Origin: Mayamaea pseudoterrestris
Taxonomy: Eukaryota
Reading direction: 5' to 3'
Assembly (NCBI GenBank): GCA_027923505.1
Contig: BROI01000012.1
Coordinates: 930,001-974,515 of the forward strand
Length of the DNA stretch: 44,515 nt
Position 1 is the first letter of the stretch. Each line of letters opens with the position of its first letter. Both the position numbers and the translations under genes were made by a program. Positions 11,950 through 22,694 of the stretch are shown here, in pieces. The notes below the pieces were generated by a model. The model searched no databases. It had not been told where the DNA came from and was given only the letters and a program-made list of their open reading frames with translations.

Positions 11950-12254
11950 GGTGACTAGTTGGTTGGTTTGTTCTTTTGCGAGAAATGAGATTGATGGACG
12001 ATTGGTTGGTGGAGGCGCGCGTCGTGGCGATGTCGCACCACGAACTGCTTGTCCGTCCACCTGTTGCGATGAAGGCGCTTAGCTACATCGGTTAGCTAAT
12101 ATGAGTAGCTGTATAGAAGCGTTCGAAATGTGATCTTATAGTTAATAAATATTATATTTCCTGCTTAGTTCTCATTTGGTCTGTTGATACTTCTTTAATG
12201 TATTATATTGAATTCTACTTCCACCTTACCATTCACCCAGCCCTTTCTGCCGCC

Positions 12255-13908
12255 CTAAAGATCCGGAAACGCCTCAATCGGAGCAACAATGTCATCCTCC
12301 AAGTCGTCATCAAAGAGAGCCTGGTTGTAGCACACGATGGAATCCTGGCGGAAAAGGTCGCAAAAGACTGTTGTAGGCGACTGACTGGTTTGAGCCTGGA
12401 GATCAGTCTGGAGTGGTGCCACCTTGCAGTCATTGCCGCTAAAGTACTTGCTCGTCGAGTTGACTGGAAAGTACTTCTTGTCGAAAAAATCGCTCAAGTA
12501 CGAGGCCAAGAATGTCTTGGGTGGTTCATCGCTGGAGCTGTTGCTTCCCTGCGTAATGTACGTTTTGAGCGTCGTCTGGTCCAGAGTGGGCGCTGCATCG
12601 TCATCATCGTCCAAAAGACTTTGCGGAGGCGACAGCGGCAACATGCTGTGCGTCTTGCGCGGCGTCTTCGAAGGGTAACGGCGGCGCGGAGGGGGCGGCA
12701 CATCGAGCGCCACGTTGGACGACATCATCTCGTTAAAAATGCCACTGCAGAAGGCCGTCATTGTCGGAGGAAACAGGGCCATTTCCTTGTCGATTTGCGA
12801 TGCCGCAATGGGCTTCGTCTGGAAGTCCAAGGCGTTAGTTACTATAGACTTGGTGGATGGCTGCTGCGGCTGTGGTGTCGCCATCGGTGTAGGATCGCTG
12901 CGGCGTTCGATGGGCTTGAACGACTCAAAGAGGTTGATCGGAGCGGCGGATCCAAGCTTGGGCATGTAGACGCTGCTCAGTGGAGCTGTCAGCAATTCTT
13001 CCGTGGGCGGCCCGCGAAGCTGGAACTTGGGCTTCTTAGTCGTTTGGGGAGTCATCTTCGAAAACAGTTCCGCCTCGGGTTCCTTCCTTTTCGTTGGCGC
13101 TTGCTTGGACTCCAGGATCGACTCGATGACTGCCTGGCGAGCAGTCAAGCGTCTGGATCGATTGGCAGTTTCCTCAATCTTGCGTGTGCTGGAAGCAATG
13201 ATCTCCGGCTTTGCTACTTCCTGCTCGTCCTCGCTCGCATCAACCGAGTCCTCATCCAAATTCTTAGTGCGCTTGCCTCGAGACGTTGTGATAAACTTTT
13301 GCTCGAGCGACTTGCGTAAGTTCGTAATGTGCGCTTTTGAAAACTTGGGAGCCTCAAAATTGATGTCGCCATCCCTTGACTTCTTGGCGCTTTCAAACGG
13401 CCGGAAGAGACGAGGGCACCCATTCTTCTTTTCGCGAAGAGCTTGGCAGGTCTTCTCAATGGCTTGCTCCTGCGGAACGAGAAGGCATCGCTTGTCGTCA
13501 ATCTCGGTTCCTTCGATAAGTTCGACGAACCGACCTGGTGGATTTAATGTGGCCATCTCGTTGATGAGGTCAAGGGCAATGGCCGTCTTGGCGGTGCGAT
13601 CGGCCATGACGTAGAGCGGCTTGACCTTGTAGCAAAGGTACCTTTGAAACAAGGTAGCAAACAGTTTAGTCCATGGTGATCAATGACAAATGACACGTCG
13701 TTTGTCGTATAGATTGTTAAACGTACCTAAACTCAATGTTGCCCTTCCAACAAGTTACTCCAGAGCCTCGACCGCAGATCACATCCGTCTCTTGGAGCTT
13801 CAGTTCCTCCTGACTCGGAAGAATCTTGGGGACCTTGCGCACCTTGATGCGTTTGACTCGGCGCACCTTTCTCGCTGTCATGTTGGATGTTTGGTTTGTG
13901 ATGCGCAT
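12255..13908 (-). CDS. DUF6824-domain protein (family expanded in diatoms); exons 13908-13727 and 13641-12255
   Basis: DVICGRG...GNIEFR joins YLCY...K..IA......PPGRFVE...EKTCQALRE through an 85-bp intron at 13642-13726 (AG|GTACGT...AAG|G). Start is 13908 or 13881. Confidence 0.85.
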
Positions 13909-14894
13909 TTTTGGAAATTATGATCAATCGTTTCGAGTCAATGGCGAGTGAGCATCGCGGAGCGGGGTTCGGCTTCAATATTCGCGCCACCAATCCACAT
14001 TGCAAAACACATAAGCCCTGGTGCTTGGAAGGTGGTTTTCATAGCGTGGCATGTTCTGAGCGTTCCACTTTTCTTGTTTTTTCATGTTCCCCGCATTTCG
14101 CACGTCTACTATATTGTGCACATCGATCCGCCCGATGCGTCGCTGCTGCCGGAAGCGTCTTGTTCCTTGAGCTGAAGCGGCACCTTGTCATTCACTTGGA
14201 GAAGCATCGTCACGGCTGAAACAACTGCCACTCGCAATGGGCCCAAGCAAATCTCGTCTTACTTCCAAACATTGCACAGCACATGGACATTTTGGCATGC
14301 GTGGCGTTCTGGTTTCTACCAGCGTGTCGATGGCGGACGGAATGGCTCACTATCCGCAGACCAGGTGCTCACGTGCTGTGCTTGTTCTGGGATTCCGTTA
14401 AACTGCGCGGAGTGCACGCGGAACGTCGCCACTCCGATTCTTGTATGCGATTCTTGGATGCTGCGCAAGACGAGGTGCCGGTTCGTAGCTAAATATTATA
14501 GAAGCCAGCGATAACTGATTTGTGTTGTTCAATGTCGGCAACGTTATCGTCTGCAATTAGTCACGCAGTTGTTACTCTTATTCTATTGCTCATGGCGACG
14601 AGCGGCTCCTGAAGCGAGTGTGCCATGCTAAGAGCGCAGCCTACGCACCAACCTTTTTTTATATGGTTTGATAGAGGCTGTTATATCTTACTGTTAAAAT
14701 AGCTAGCGATTTCGTCTACCGACATGTAGGTTGTAAACTCGGTGAGTTTAGCTGGGCTCATCGCTCGGCGTGCAAAAACTCGTCATGCCCGCTACGACAG
14801 TCTTTTCATGTCCGAGAACACCCATCACGCTTCACCATGGCGATGGAGGGCAGGATCAGTATCTAACCCGTCCCTTGCTGGTAGCTTTGACATC

Positions 14895-17800
14895 ATGGCG
14901 GACATTCCATTCTCCTTCTCCCAGGTGCCAGGGGATCCATCATTTCGCAGTTTGGCTGTAAACTGCGTCGCGTTAGTACCATTGCTCAGTTCCGACAAGC
15001 TCGGGGAGGAAACGAAAACCTCGTCCGTTCAATCCTATCAACGACTCTGCGCTGCACTCCAAGGACAGGGGGATTTATCGACCGATGCGTCATCATCAAA
15101 TGAAAGCAAAACCAAAGAAGTGGATATTTTGCTCGTCGTGCCCAACTCTAGTCTGACTCGACCGGGCGATTGGAAGTATCCAGACACTCCACTCAAGTCC
15201 TTTCACTGGCAGCACGGTAGTCAGCGGCTTCGAATCTTTGATGGCCGTCCACAAAATTCGCGACTCGCCCATGATCGCGTCATGAACCATTCCGTGACGC
15301 GAGACTGGATTGATTTGTGTCCGAGTCGACGTACAGCCGCCGTTATTGGAGTGCTCAACATGCGCGACTGTTCAACGCAAGCCGACTTGGATCGCGCGCA
15401 GGAGGAGCTCAGTCAGTGGGCGAACCGATATGCGACTCCTCCGTTTGAAGTCACAGCTCATGGTAGAAGTACGGAGCGAGATAAGCCAGTGGAGCGGCTC
15501 TTTGTTTTTGACTCGTTTGATGAGGACGTGACGCAAAACCTGGACATTTCCAAACTAAAAACGTCTGTTCTCGCGTTTCCGCCATTGGAGAATGCGCAAA
15601 TGATGTACATGCACTTGAATGTTGTTGTCAACGACTTGGCTGTGTCAGTCTTTCGAAGCCTTGAATCAAAGATTGTGGCGTCGGATGCCATTTGCGAAAA
15701 GTTTGCCGCCAAAACACCGAACCAAGCAGGCTTCAAGGGCTCGCTGACCAAGATACTGCAAGGCGACAAAAAGGAACCAGATGCTCCCACTCAACCAACG
15801 AAGGTCAGTCTCACTGACATGGCAGCCTTTGTTAACCCCAAGTGCAAGCTTGCCAAGGAGTCGTCCAAGAGTCGAGGAGTGAGTCGAAACTCGAGCTTCA
15901 CGTCAGACCTTCGCAACAGCCTTTCGCAGCAATCAGCACCAGATGCCACTCCAAAGCTACTGACGCCTCTGGATCAGTTTCATGACATTAGTGACCTGTC
16001 GCCTCGTGATATGGAGGATGTGACGCGCCGCGATTTGTCTCGGCGCGAAAAGTGGGCGGCAGATATATCACTCATGGCAGGGTCGCCGCTGGATGCGTAT
16101 GAACGGTACTTGAGAGCGGCGGACATGTGTCGGACCGGAACGCCGGACCCTTTGTGGTATGCTTCAGCCTTGGAAGGTTGTGCTGCGGCGCACATTGCCA
16201 TGGCGGAAGCGGGGGGATTTGGAGTTGATGAATATCTTGAGCAAAACTTTCAAATGCCCGATGATATCATGGCGTTGGCGACGGAGCCAAGGCAGCAAAG
16301 TCACTCCAGCCGACAGGTGTTACCGGAAGTGGTATTTGCCCTTTGTGAAGAAGCTCTAAACATTACGAACAGACACGAGAAACTAGCGTCGCTGCATTCC
16401 GAGCTGTTGCTAAAACTTGCTGACTATGTAGCAGATCCTGCGGAAGCTCATTTGCGCTGCAGGTGGGGAGAAGGCCCTGGTTGTTATGCTGGTGAACTAG
16501 GTGATGTTCCTCGTTGGGAAAAGACGTCAATTCACAAAATGGATTTCTCTGAACCAAAAACGAAAGGCGGAAGTGGTGACATGATTCACATTAACACCTT
16601 TAATAGGACCAAGCAGGTATGCGAATTACTTCAAGAGGCTGTCTCGGTCGGAGGCTTGAACCCAACGACCCGGGTCGATGTTGCCGCCAGATGTGCTCGC
16701 CTTTGTCTAAATGGTGTAAAGGCTACCCAATGGAAAGGTAGATTGGCCGAACCAGTTTGCTTGCCTCGAAAAGCGGCTTTCTTTGCCGTTGTTGCTGCTG
16801 AGAGCATGACTGTCAACAACAGCGCCAAGAATGCGACGGCAGCTAGAGACCTTTGGTTACTCGCGATTCGATTATATGCGAAGGAAGGAAACACTTTACT
16901 CAAAGGAGGCAATTACGGCTGGGCTGCTCTCCGAGCAGCAGCCTTGGACGCTTTGTCCACGCAAGGGAACACATTGCAATCGAACTTTGCTGCCCAAGAT
17001 TTGTTGGTACTTCTTAGTGAAATTGAGCCTGCAGCGGCGAAGGCTTCTCCGACGACAGCAAAATCTCCTGGCCCGCCTCGACGGGAAAGTTTAGTCGCTC
17101 CGAAGCGACAGAGTAAGGTCTCGATCGCAGAGACTGGCGACCCAAGAAATCAAAGTCAAAGTTTTGATGAGAGCGACGGTGAAACAGACCGAAATGTAAA
17201 GTCTGTTAACACCTTTGCGCGGCAGCTCAAGGCGAGTTTCGCCTCGATTACACCTCAATCGACAATCATCACGTTGGAATCCAAGTGGGCGGACGGGCCA
17301 ATAATTTCACCTGTTGACGTACCTTTTTCCGCTACCTCCAAAACGGCGCGGGCAGTAAGGGACCTTGGCTGCGTGTGGTTAAAGGCAGACCAAAGCCGGT
17401 GCTCAGTTGCACAAGAAGAGTGCATGCAGAGAATCGCCATGCTTCGTCGTTCACTTCCAACATCCTCCACCGTGAGTTATAGAGTTAAAAATGCGGATGA
17501 ACGTCTACCTGTATACACGGTATCTGGAATGACGGTCTTAAACGAAGCAGACTTGGCTTTGGAGCGTGTTAATACTAAGATTATAGTACAAGAGGACAAG
17601 GGCGCTATGGCGACGTTTTACAATCCTTTTGACAAGACAAAGGTGGAAGTCAAGCCGGTGATTGTCGCCGAGGAGGAAGAACGCTTTATGGTAATTCAGT
17701 TTGGAAACCGTCTTTCTGTCCCTCTGGAAGTGCAGCGCTGCAAATTGGTCTTTAGGGGAGATATAGATGGTCGAGTAAAGGCGTCGGCGTTGTCCTTCGT

Positions 17801-19571
17801 CATGCCACCCAAGGTGAAAGGCTTCGCCATTCAATTCCCTTTCTCGGTTCTTGCAGACGATTCACGAAGCGCCGAAGTTGTTGTCTTTGAAGTAAGTGGT
17901 ATTGAAATGACCTTTTTGGGAAGGGTCTACTTCATACCTGTCTTTTCGTCGCTGTCCAACTTGAGAAGTAAACTACAAAGTGCTTGTGAAACACCTCGTC
18001 CAGCGTCAGTATATCCATTTGAACTACCGGCGAAGCCTATGGCGAGCGATGACGAGCTGGCGAAGCCATGCTTCGAGACTTGTGCGACTCAGCCGCGCCT
18101 TCAGATTATGTTTCAGAACTCAGGCGCTCCGGTCGAGTCCATAGCCACCTTTTCAATTAGCCTCGCGGAAGGGGAGACGTTTACGCTTCCACCTTTGGAA
18201 CTCCGTAATTTTTCCGGGCCAACCTTACGTGGACAAATTAAGCGGTTGCAGATTCTCGCTATCGACCTTCCTGGTGTGCCTGAGACGTTACTATTTGACA
18301 CAGAAGGAAATTGCCATCAACCTGAAGACGCCTTTTTCAAGCAACAAGCTGAAGAGGAAAGTTCTGTACCTCTCCGCCTCAAATTGTTACCAACTGCAAT
18401 CTCCATCGAGAGCATCAATTTAAGCGGAAATGTTATTACGTTTCAAATCGCTGCAGCCAACAATTTAAAAAGATTATTGCCCGATGGCACCACATTTCGG
18501 CTTCGGTTTCGCTATCGGGGCATGGCTACAGAGGGGTCTGAAGTTTGGCGTCGTCTTGACATCACATATCATGTTGCTTGTATTTGCGGGCCGAGGCTTT
18601 CGTCAATGGATTTTCGACCCGATATATTAACCACTAGTGCATACGAGGAAATGTGCCAATCGTTTAAGGCACGCCGACGGACACAAGTGGGACAAAATCC
18701 GGATGTGCGATTAAAATCAGCAACGGACGGTATGTCTCAAGTTGAGACCATATTCCGTTTTGGGCTGGACCGTGGCATGCATGTCGCAAGTGGCTATGTC
18801 ATTTTCTTGCTGACGGTGGCGAATGAAACTAAATCGGAAGTCTTGCTCTCGCGCAGCGATGGTCCAGTCGGTGGCTTTCACAATCATCCGATTGAGACGC
18901 TACTCGTTCACTCTGGGGTGAGTGCCAAGCTTCCAGTTGTTTTTCCTCGCCTCGCTCGCATGAAGGACGACGGCACTCCTTTTGATATATCCAACGAGAT
19001 TATCTCAAGGTCTAACATAACTTGGTCGACTGGCCATCCTGATGATTCTGTTGAGGATGCTACTGGTCGACTTCTTATTCCACGAGAAGCGCTTCAAGAA
19101 ATAATTCACGAAAATCCGTCGTTCGTTCAGCGCATATGCCAGGCACCTTGCGATATAACTTTGAACGTTGGTGGTTGCAACGCATCAAGCTCTCCCACGT
19201 TGATCACGCTTGGGAGCCCTCTTGACCTTCATTCACAAGTCACCATTGCCAATTGGGTACCATCCGAGGTGGCCAAAAGTTGTCACCTCGTGTTGGAATT
19301 TTTCTGTATCCGTCACAGTGAAACACACAATTCACAGGCCTCGAAGCGTTTCGACGGAGTAGTCTGGGTTGGTAAATTGCAACAGAGCTTTCGAATGAAC
19401 GAAGTGGCTATGAAACATGCTGCTCGCGCAATCTTTACCGAGACGGGTCGCTTTTCGTTGTCGGTTTGCGCTCGCATCGCCCATGACGACGCAGAAGAGG
19501 GCGTGGAAGAAATATGGTGGGCAACAACAGCGGCGACTTTGTTGGTCGAGCATACTAATGTTTCACAGTAG
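14895..19571 (+). CDS. TRAPPC9: TRAPP II complex subunit Trs120/TRAPPC9-like protein
   Basis: Long intronless ORF. RRTAAVIGV, KWAADISLMAGSPLDAYERY, DPLWYASALEG and FYNPF followed by beta-rich domains match the Trs120 layout. Start is ATG 14895, or 14808. Confidence 0.75.
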   Translation: MADIPFSFSQVPGDPSFRSLAVNCVALVPLLSSDKLGEETKTSSVQSYQRLCAALQGQGDLSTDASSSNESKTKEVDILLVVPNSSLTRPGDWKYPDTPLKSFHWQHGSQRLRIFDGRPQNSRLAHDRVMNHSVTRDWIDLCPSRRTAAVIGVLNMRDCSTQADLDRAQEELSQWANRYATPPFEVTAHGRSTERDKPVERLFVFDSFDEDVTQNLDISKLKTSVLAFPPLENAQMMYMHLNVVVNDLAVSVFRSLESKIVASDAICEKFAAKTPNQAGFKGSLTKILQGDKKEPDAPTQPTKVSLTDMAAFVNPKCKLAKESSKSRGVSRNSSFTSDLRNSLSQQSAPDATPKLLTPLDQFHDISDLSPRDMEDVTRRDLSRREKWAADISLMAGSPLDAYERYLRAADMCRTGTPDPLWYASALEGCAAAHIAMAEAGGFGVDEYLEQNFQMPDDIMALATEPRQQSHSSRQVLPEVVFALCEEALNITNRHEKLASLHSELLLKLADYVADPAEAHLRCRWGEGPGCYAGELGDVPRWEKTSIHKMDFSEPKTKGGSGDMIHINTFNRTKQVCELLQEAVSVGGLNPTTRVDVAARCARLCLNGVKATQWKGRLAEPVCLPRKAAFFAVVAAESMTVNNSAKNATAARDLWLLAIRLYAKEGNTLLKGGNYGWAALRAAALDALSTQGNTLQSNFAAQDLLVLLSEIEPAAAKASPTTAKSPGPPRRESLVAPKRQSKVSIAETGDPRNQSQSFDESDGETDRNVKSVNTFARQLKASFASITPQSTIITLESKWADGPIISPVDVPFSATSKTARAVRDLGCVWLKADQSRCSVAQEECMQRIAMLRRSLPTSSTVSYRVKNADERLPVYTVSGMTVLNEADLALERVNTKIIVQEDKGAMATFYNPFDKTKVEVKPVIVAEEEERFMVIQFGNRLSVPLEVQRCKLVFRGDIDGRVKASALSFVMPPKVKGFAIQFPFSVLADDSRSAEVVVFEVSGIEMTFLGRVYFIPVFSSLSNLRSKLQSACETPRPASVYPFELPAKPMASDDELAKPCFETCATQPRLQIMFQNSGAPVESIATFSISLAEGETFTLPPLELRNFSGPTLRGQIKRLQILAIDLPGVPETLLFDTEGNCHQPEDAFFKQQAEEESSVPLRLKLLPTAISIESINLSGNVITFQIAAANNLKRLLPDGTTFRLRFRYRGMATEGSEVWRRLDITYHVACICGPRLSSMDFRPDILTTSAYEEMCQSFKARRRTQVGQNPDVRLKSATDGMSQVETIFRFGLDRGMHVASGYVIFLLTVANETKSEVLLSRSDGPVGGFHNHPIETLLVHSGVSAKLPVVFPRLARMKDDGTPFDISNEIISRSNITWSTGHPDDSVEDATGRLLIPREALQEIIHENPSFVQRICQAPCDITLNVGGCNASSSPTLITLGSPLDLHSQVTIANWVPSEVAKSCHLVLEFFCIRHSETHNSQASKRFDGVVWVGKLQQSFRMNEVAMKHAARAIFTETGRFSLSVCARIAHDDAEEGVEEIWWATTAATLLVEHTNVSQ

Positions 19572-19649
19572 TAAACTCTTAAGTAATTATTGTTGCATAT
19601 CCTTGTAAGTTTATAAAAGTACTTTTGTTTCCGCGGTCTTGATCAGATT

Positions 19650-20843
19650 TTAATCAATGTTACCCAGTGCAACAGCCTCCAGAGCTTCATCTTTCCGTCT
19701 GCCCACCGCCAGCTGAAGCTTCGTCGCTAAATTACTCACATTCCGTCCCAGATCAAAAGATTCGTACTCTGGCAAAGTTCTATCAAAAAGGCAAACCAGC
19801 AATTCCTCCATCGCAGTGCACTGTCTCAGAATTTGACATTCCAGCTCTTGCCGCTTGATTGGCGGATACATGGCTGCTCCCAAATCCGTCATGCCCTCAC
19901 CGACAGCTTGAGCGCAGTTGAACAACCGCAATATCCATTGCAATCGAGCCTCGTCTACATTCGAGAGTTCGTTGCCGTTACCTGTGGCATCCTCTGTCAA
20001 ACTCTTACCAACGTCGTCGCACGCTTGCATTGCTACATTGATGCAGCCGCGGGAGCATTTAACTAGAGCCAAAGCAGAAGTTGCGATAGGGGTTTCCTGC
20101 AGAGTGTATTGGTCAGTTCCACCTCCAAGAAACTGTTCCCATGATGGTTCCTCGCCTTCGTCAATCTCATCTGCTTCGCCATCACCATTCTCGTGCTCGT
20201 TACCCTCGTCCAAGCTCGGTCCAGCATCGATCATTTCCTGGAACTCTTGCATTGTTTCATTGCATTCTTTGATGTATATGGAGAATTCGCGCCGCATGGC
20301 TAATTGATTCGAGATTGGCAAGGACGAAGCTTGGCCATTTTGCATGTTCAAAATTGTTTGACAAGCTTCCCATACCGCTCCTGTTCGTTGGGCCGCCAAT
20401 TGTTCATTCTCCGTGAATGCCGCTGCATCTCCAGTAAAGCATTGAACGAGTTGAATCGTTGATTGCAGTACCGCTCGCGTGGCTCGCTTGATGGCATGCC
20501 GCAACGACTTGGTGCAGCCCGTCGAATCCTGGTGTACCACCAGTGCTCCAGTACATATCCATTGACATCCTGGCAGCAACGTATCGCGGGCCATTTCAGT
20601 AGCTTGAGAAACATCAATTTTACCCATTAAGGCAAACTTGGTGCTGCCAGCGTGAATGCTTGATGCTGCCTGTTGGAGCAGGTCGTATGCATTTTGAAGC
20701 GACGACGGAACGACTCGATAGTGGGAAAGCTTGGGAGCAGATTCCTTGTCGGGAAGAGACTTGAGTGTCTCTTCGAGACGTTGCAGTGTCTGAACAACCT
20801 CGTCTAGAGAGAGCGCTGCTGTTGGAGCGCCAGTCGACGCCAT
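19650..20843 (-). CDS. GCIP/CCNDBP1-like (Grap2 and cyclin-D-interacting) helical protein
   Basis: STKFAL, TGAVWEAC, E.QEM followed by an acidic stretch, and DLGAAMYPP are characteristic of the GCIP family. ATG at 20843. Confidence 0.7.
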   Translation of the reverse strand: MASTGAPTAALSLDEVVQTLQRLEETLKSLPDKESAPKLSHYRVVPSSLQNAYDLLQQAASSIHAGSTKFALMGKIDVSQATEMARDTLLPGCQWICTGALVVHQDSTGCTKSLRHAIKRATRAVLQSTIQLVQCFTGDAAAFTENEQLAAQRTGAVWEACQTILNMQNGQASSLPISNQLAMRREFSIYIKECNETMQEFQEMIDAGPSLDEGNEHENGDGEADEIDEGEEPSWEQFLGGGTDQYTLQETPIATSALALVKCSRGCINVAMQACDDVGKSLTEDATGNGNELSNVDEARLQWILRLFNCAQAVGEGMTDLGAAMYPPIKRQELECQILRQCTAMEELLVCLFDRTLPEYESFDLGRNVSNLATKLQLAVGRRKDEALEAVALGNID

Positions 20844-20925
20844 GGTTGCGACGGAACGAGATGAATGAAAGCACGACGCGATCTTTCGTGGTTCTCGCGG
20901 AGTCACGAATCACGAGTCCGTGACA

Positions 20926-21135
20926 GTGACGTAGTTTTCACTGGCACTCGTTTCGTATTATTGCCTTATGACGTAGTTTTCACTGGCACTCGTTTCATAT
21001 TACAGCCTTGTGACGTAGTTTTCACTGGCACTCGTTTCGTATTATAGCCTTGTGACGTAGTTTTCACTGGCACTCGTTTCGTATAATAGCCTCGTGACGC
21101 AGTTTTCACTGGCACTCGTTTCGTAGTAGTGCCCC
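20926..21135. repeat. Minisatellite, 5 x 42 bp, between divergent genes
   Basis: Units start at 20926, 20968, 21010, 21052 and 21094. Consensus GTGACGTAGTTTTCACTGGCACTCGTTTCGTATTATAGCCTT. Confidence 0.97.
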
Positions 21136-21404
21136 GTTGCAGATCGTCGCCAACGGCACCATGGCACCATGGCGAAAGACGCTCAACTATCAGGCATTAT
21201 CTTGGCGCTTGCACTAGCTTTATTTTCACGCTCGGTCTTGGACATGTGCTGGAACAAGGTGAGTTTAAAATGATTTTGATTAAGGTGAAGCCGGCTTTGA
21301 TGTGTGTCGCCGGTGAAATGATGTCGAATGGAACTTCTCCGATCTTCGGTGTAAGCTACCAAGCATCATGTCTCAAGAGATTCTTTTCATTCAAGGTCAT
21401 ATGC

Positions 21405-22596
21405 ATGCTGCTATCGGTAGCAGTAGTGACTGCGCTGTCAGCAAGTCGCCGAGAATTTAGCAGGTTCTTTCGAGCGACGAGAAAGGAGCAACTGCAACCA
21501 CAGCAATCTGCACCCACGACGACAGATCCAAAGGATAGCGCCAGCACCAGTGATCGCCATCGGACTACTTTGACATCGAGACATTCTCGCCGCTCCTTTC
21601 TAATTCGAGCGTCGACTGCAACAATACTCATTGCAACATCATCCATCATTTCGCAACCTTCCGTCTACGCTGCTGCTTCATCAACGAGCATTCCCTTGCC
21701 TCGTCGCCGCGAACAAACACTCAACTTTCCCTTTTACAAATTCCAGTTTGAAACAGTCGCAGACGTTCCAAAGTCCTACTTTGTCGAGCAGCGGTCCGTG
21801 TACGCGCTCGTGGAGCGCGTCATTGACGGCGACACCATTCGCGTACGACATGTTCCATTCTTTGGCTTGACTGGTCGCAAGCCGTCACCACTCACGACGC
21901 GAGGGATTGCTGATCAAACCATGTCGATTCGTATATATGGAGTGGATTGTCCAGAGATTGCCAAGAGTGGCAAGGCGGGACAGCCGTTTGCGGAAGAAGC
22001 CAAGGAATTTACGAGCAATTTGCTGCTGCATCAAATGGTCAAGATTACGTTCTTGCGACGAGACCAGTATGGCAGAGCTGTAAGCGCAGTGGAGACTGTT
22101 TCGCCATTTTGGAAGTTTGGTCTGGGCAAGAAGGATTTGAGCATGGAGCTGGCTCGAGAAGGGTTGGCGGAACTGTACACTGGTGGCGGAGCCGAGTATT
22201 TTGTAAGTGGTACACCGATGTATAGTTACGATGATCAGGGTTGCGAAACTTAGCCAAAGATAACGCAGTCTTGACCTCACATGAATACTGCAATATTTTC
22301 GTCTGCAGGACAAGCGAATTGTTTTGGAAAAGAAGATTGCCAAAGCGCAAGCGAAGAAGACAGGCATTTGGTCGCAAGGCAAGAAACGAACAAGCGCCGC
22401 CGACTTTAAAAGGAATCAGGATGCTGAGCCAGTGCCCTTGGCTTCTGCCAAGAATAAAAAGACAATCAACGACAAGCGCAACAACGTGTTGCACGTCTCC
22501 AATGCTCACAACCAACGGGCGACACCGGCTGTCGCCGATAAGCGTTCGTCGAAACTAATGGACGCTGCCGTTACTGGCTTGGAGTTTGTCAGCTAA
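21405..22596 (+). CDS. Staphylococcal nuclease (SNase/thermonuclease)-like protein with N-terminal targeting sequence; intron 22203-22308
   Basis: Intact RVIDGDT, IRIYGVDCPE and DQYGR motifs. The 106-bp GTAAGT...TGCAG intron joins GAEYF to DKRIVLEKKIAKAQAKKTGIW. The start is uncertain: a possible upstream exon 21169-21258 (AAG|GTGAGT) splices in frame to 21396. Confidence 0.88.
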
Positions 22597-22694
22597 CATT
22601 GCTTTCGCGTTCTTTAATGCTAGTTTTGCACGCATACGTGCAACTCTCATTCTACGCTACGATAACAATTTCGGACCGTGTCGCATAATCTGCT

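Noticed and set aside
12198..13319. 373-aa plus-strand ORF and other long antisense ORFs over real genes
   Set aside because: These are shadow ORFs opposite well-supported genes, with no recognisable motifs.
20926..21135. CRISPR-like look (constant 29 bp plus variable 13 bp) next to a nuclease gene
   Set aside because: The variable parts are clearly homologous to each other and too short to be spacers. There are no cas genes and the context is eukaryotic.
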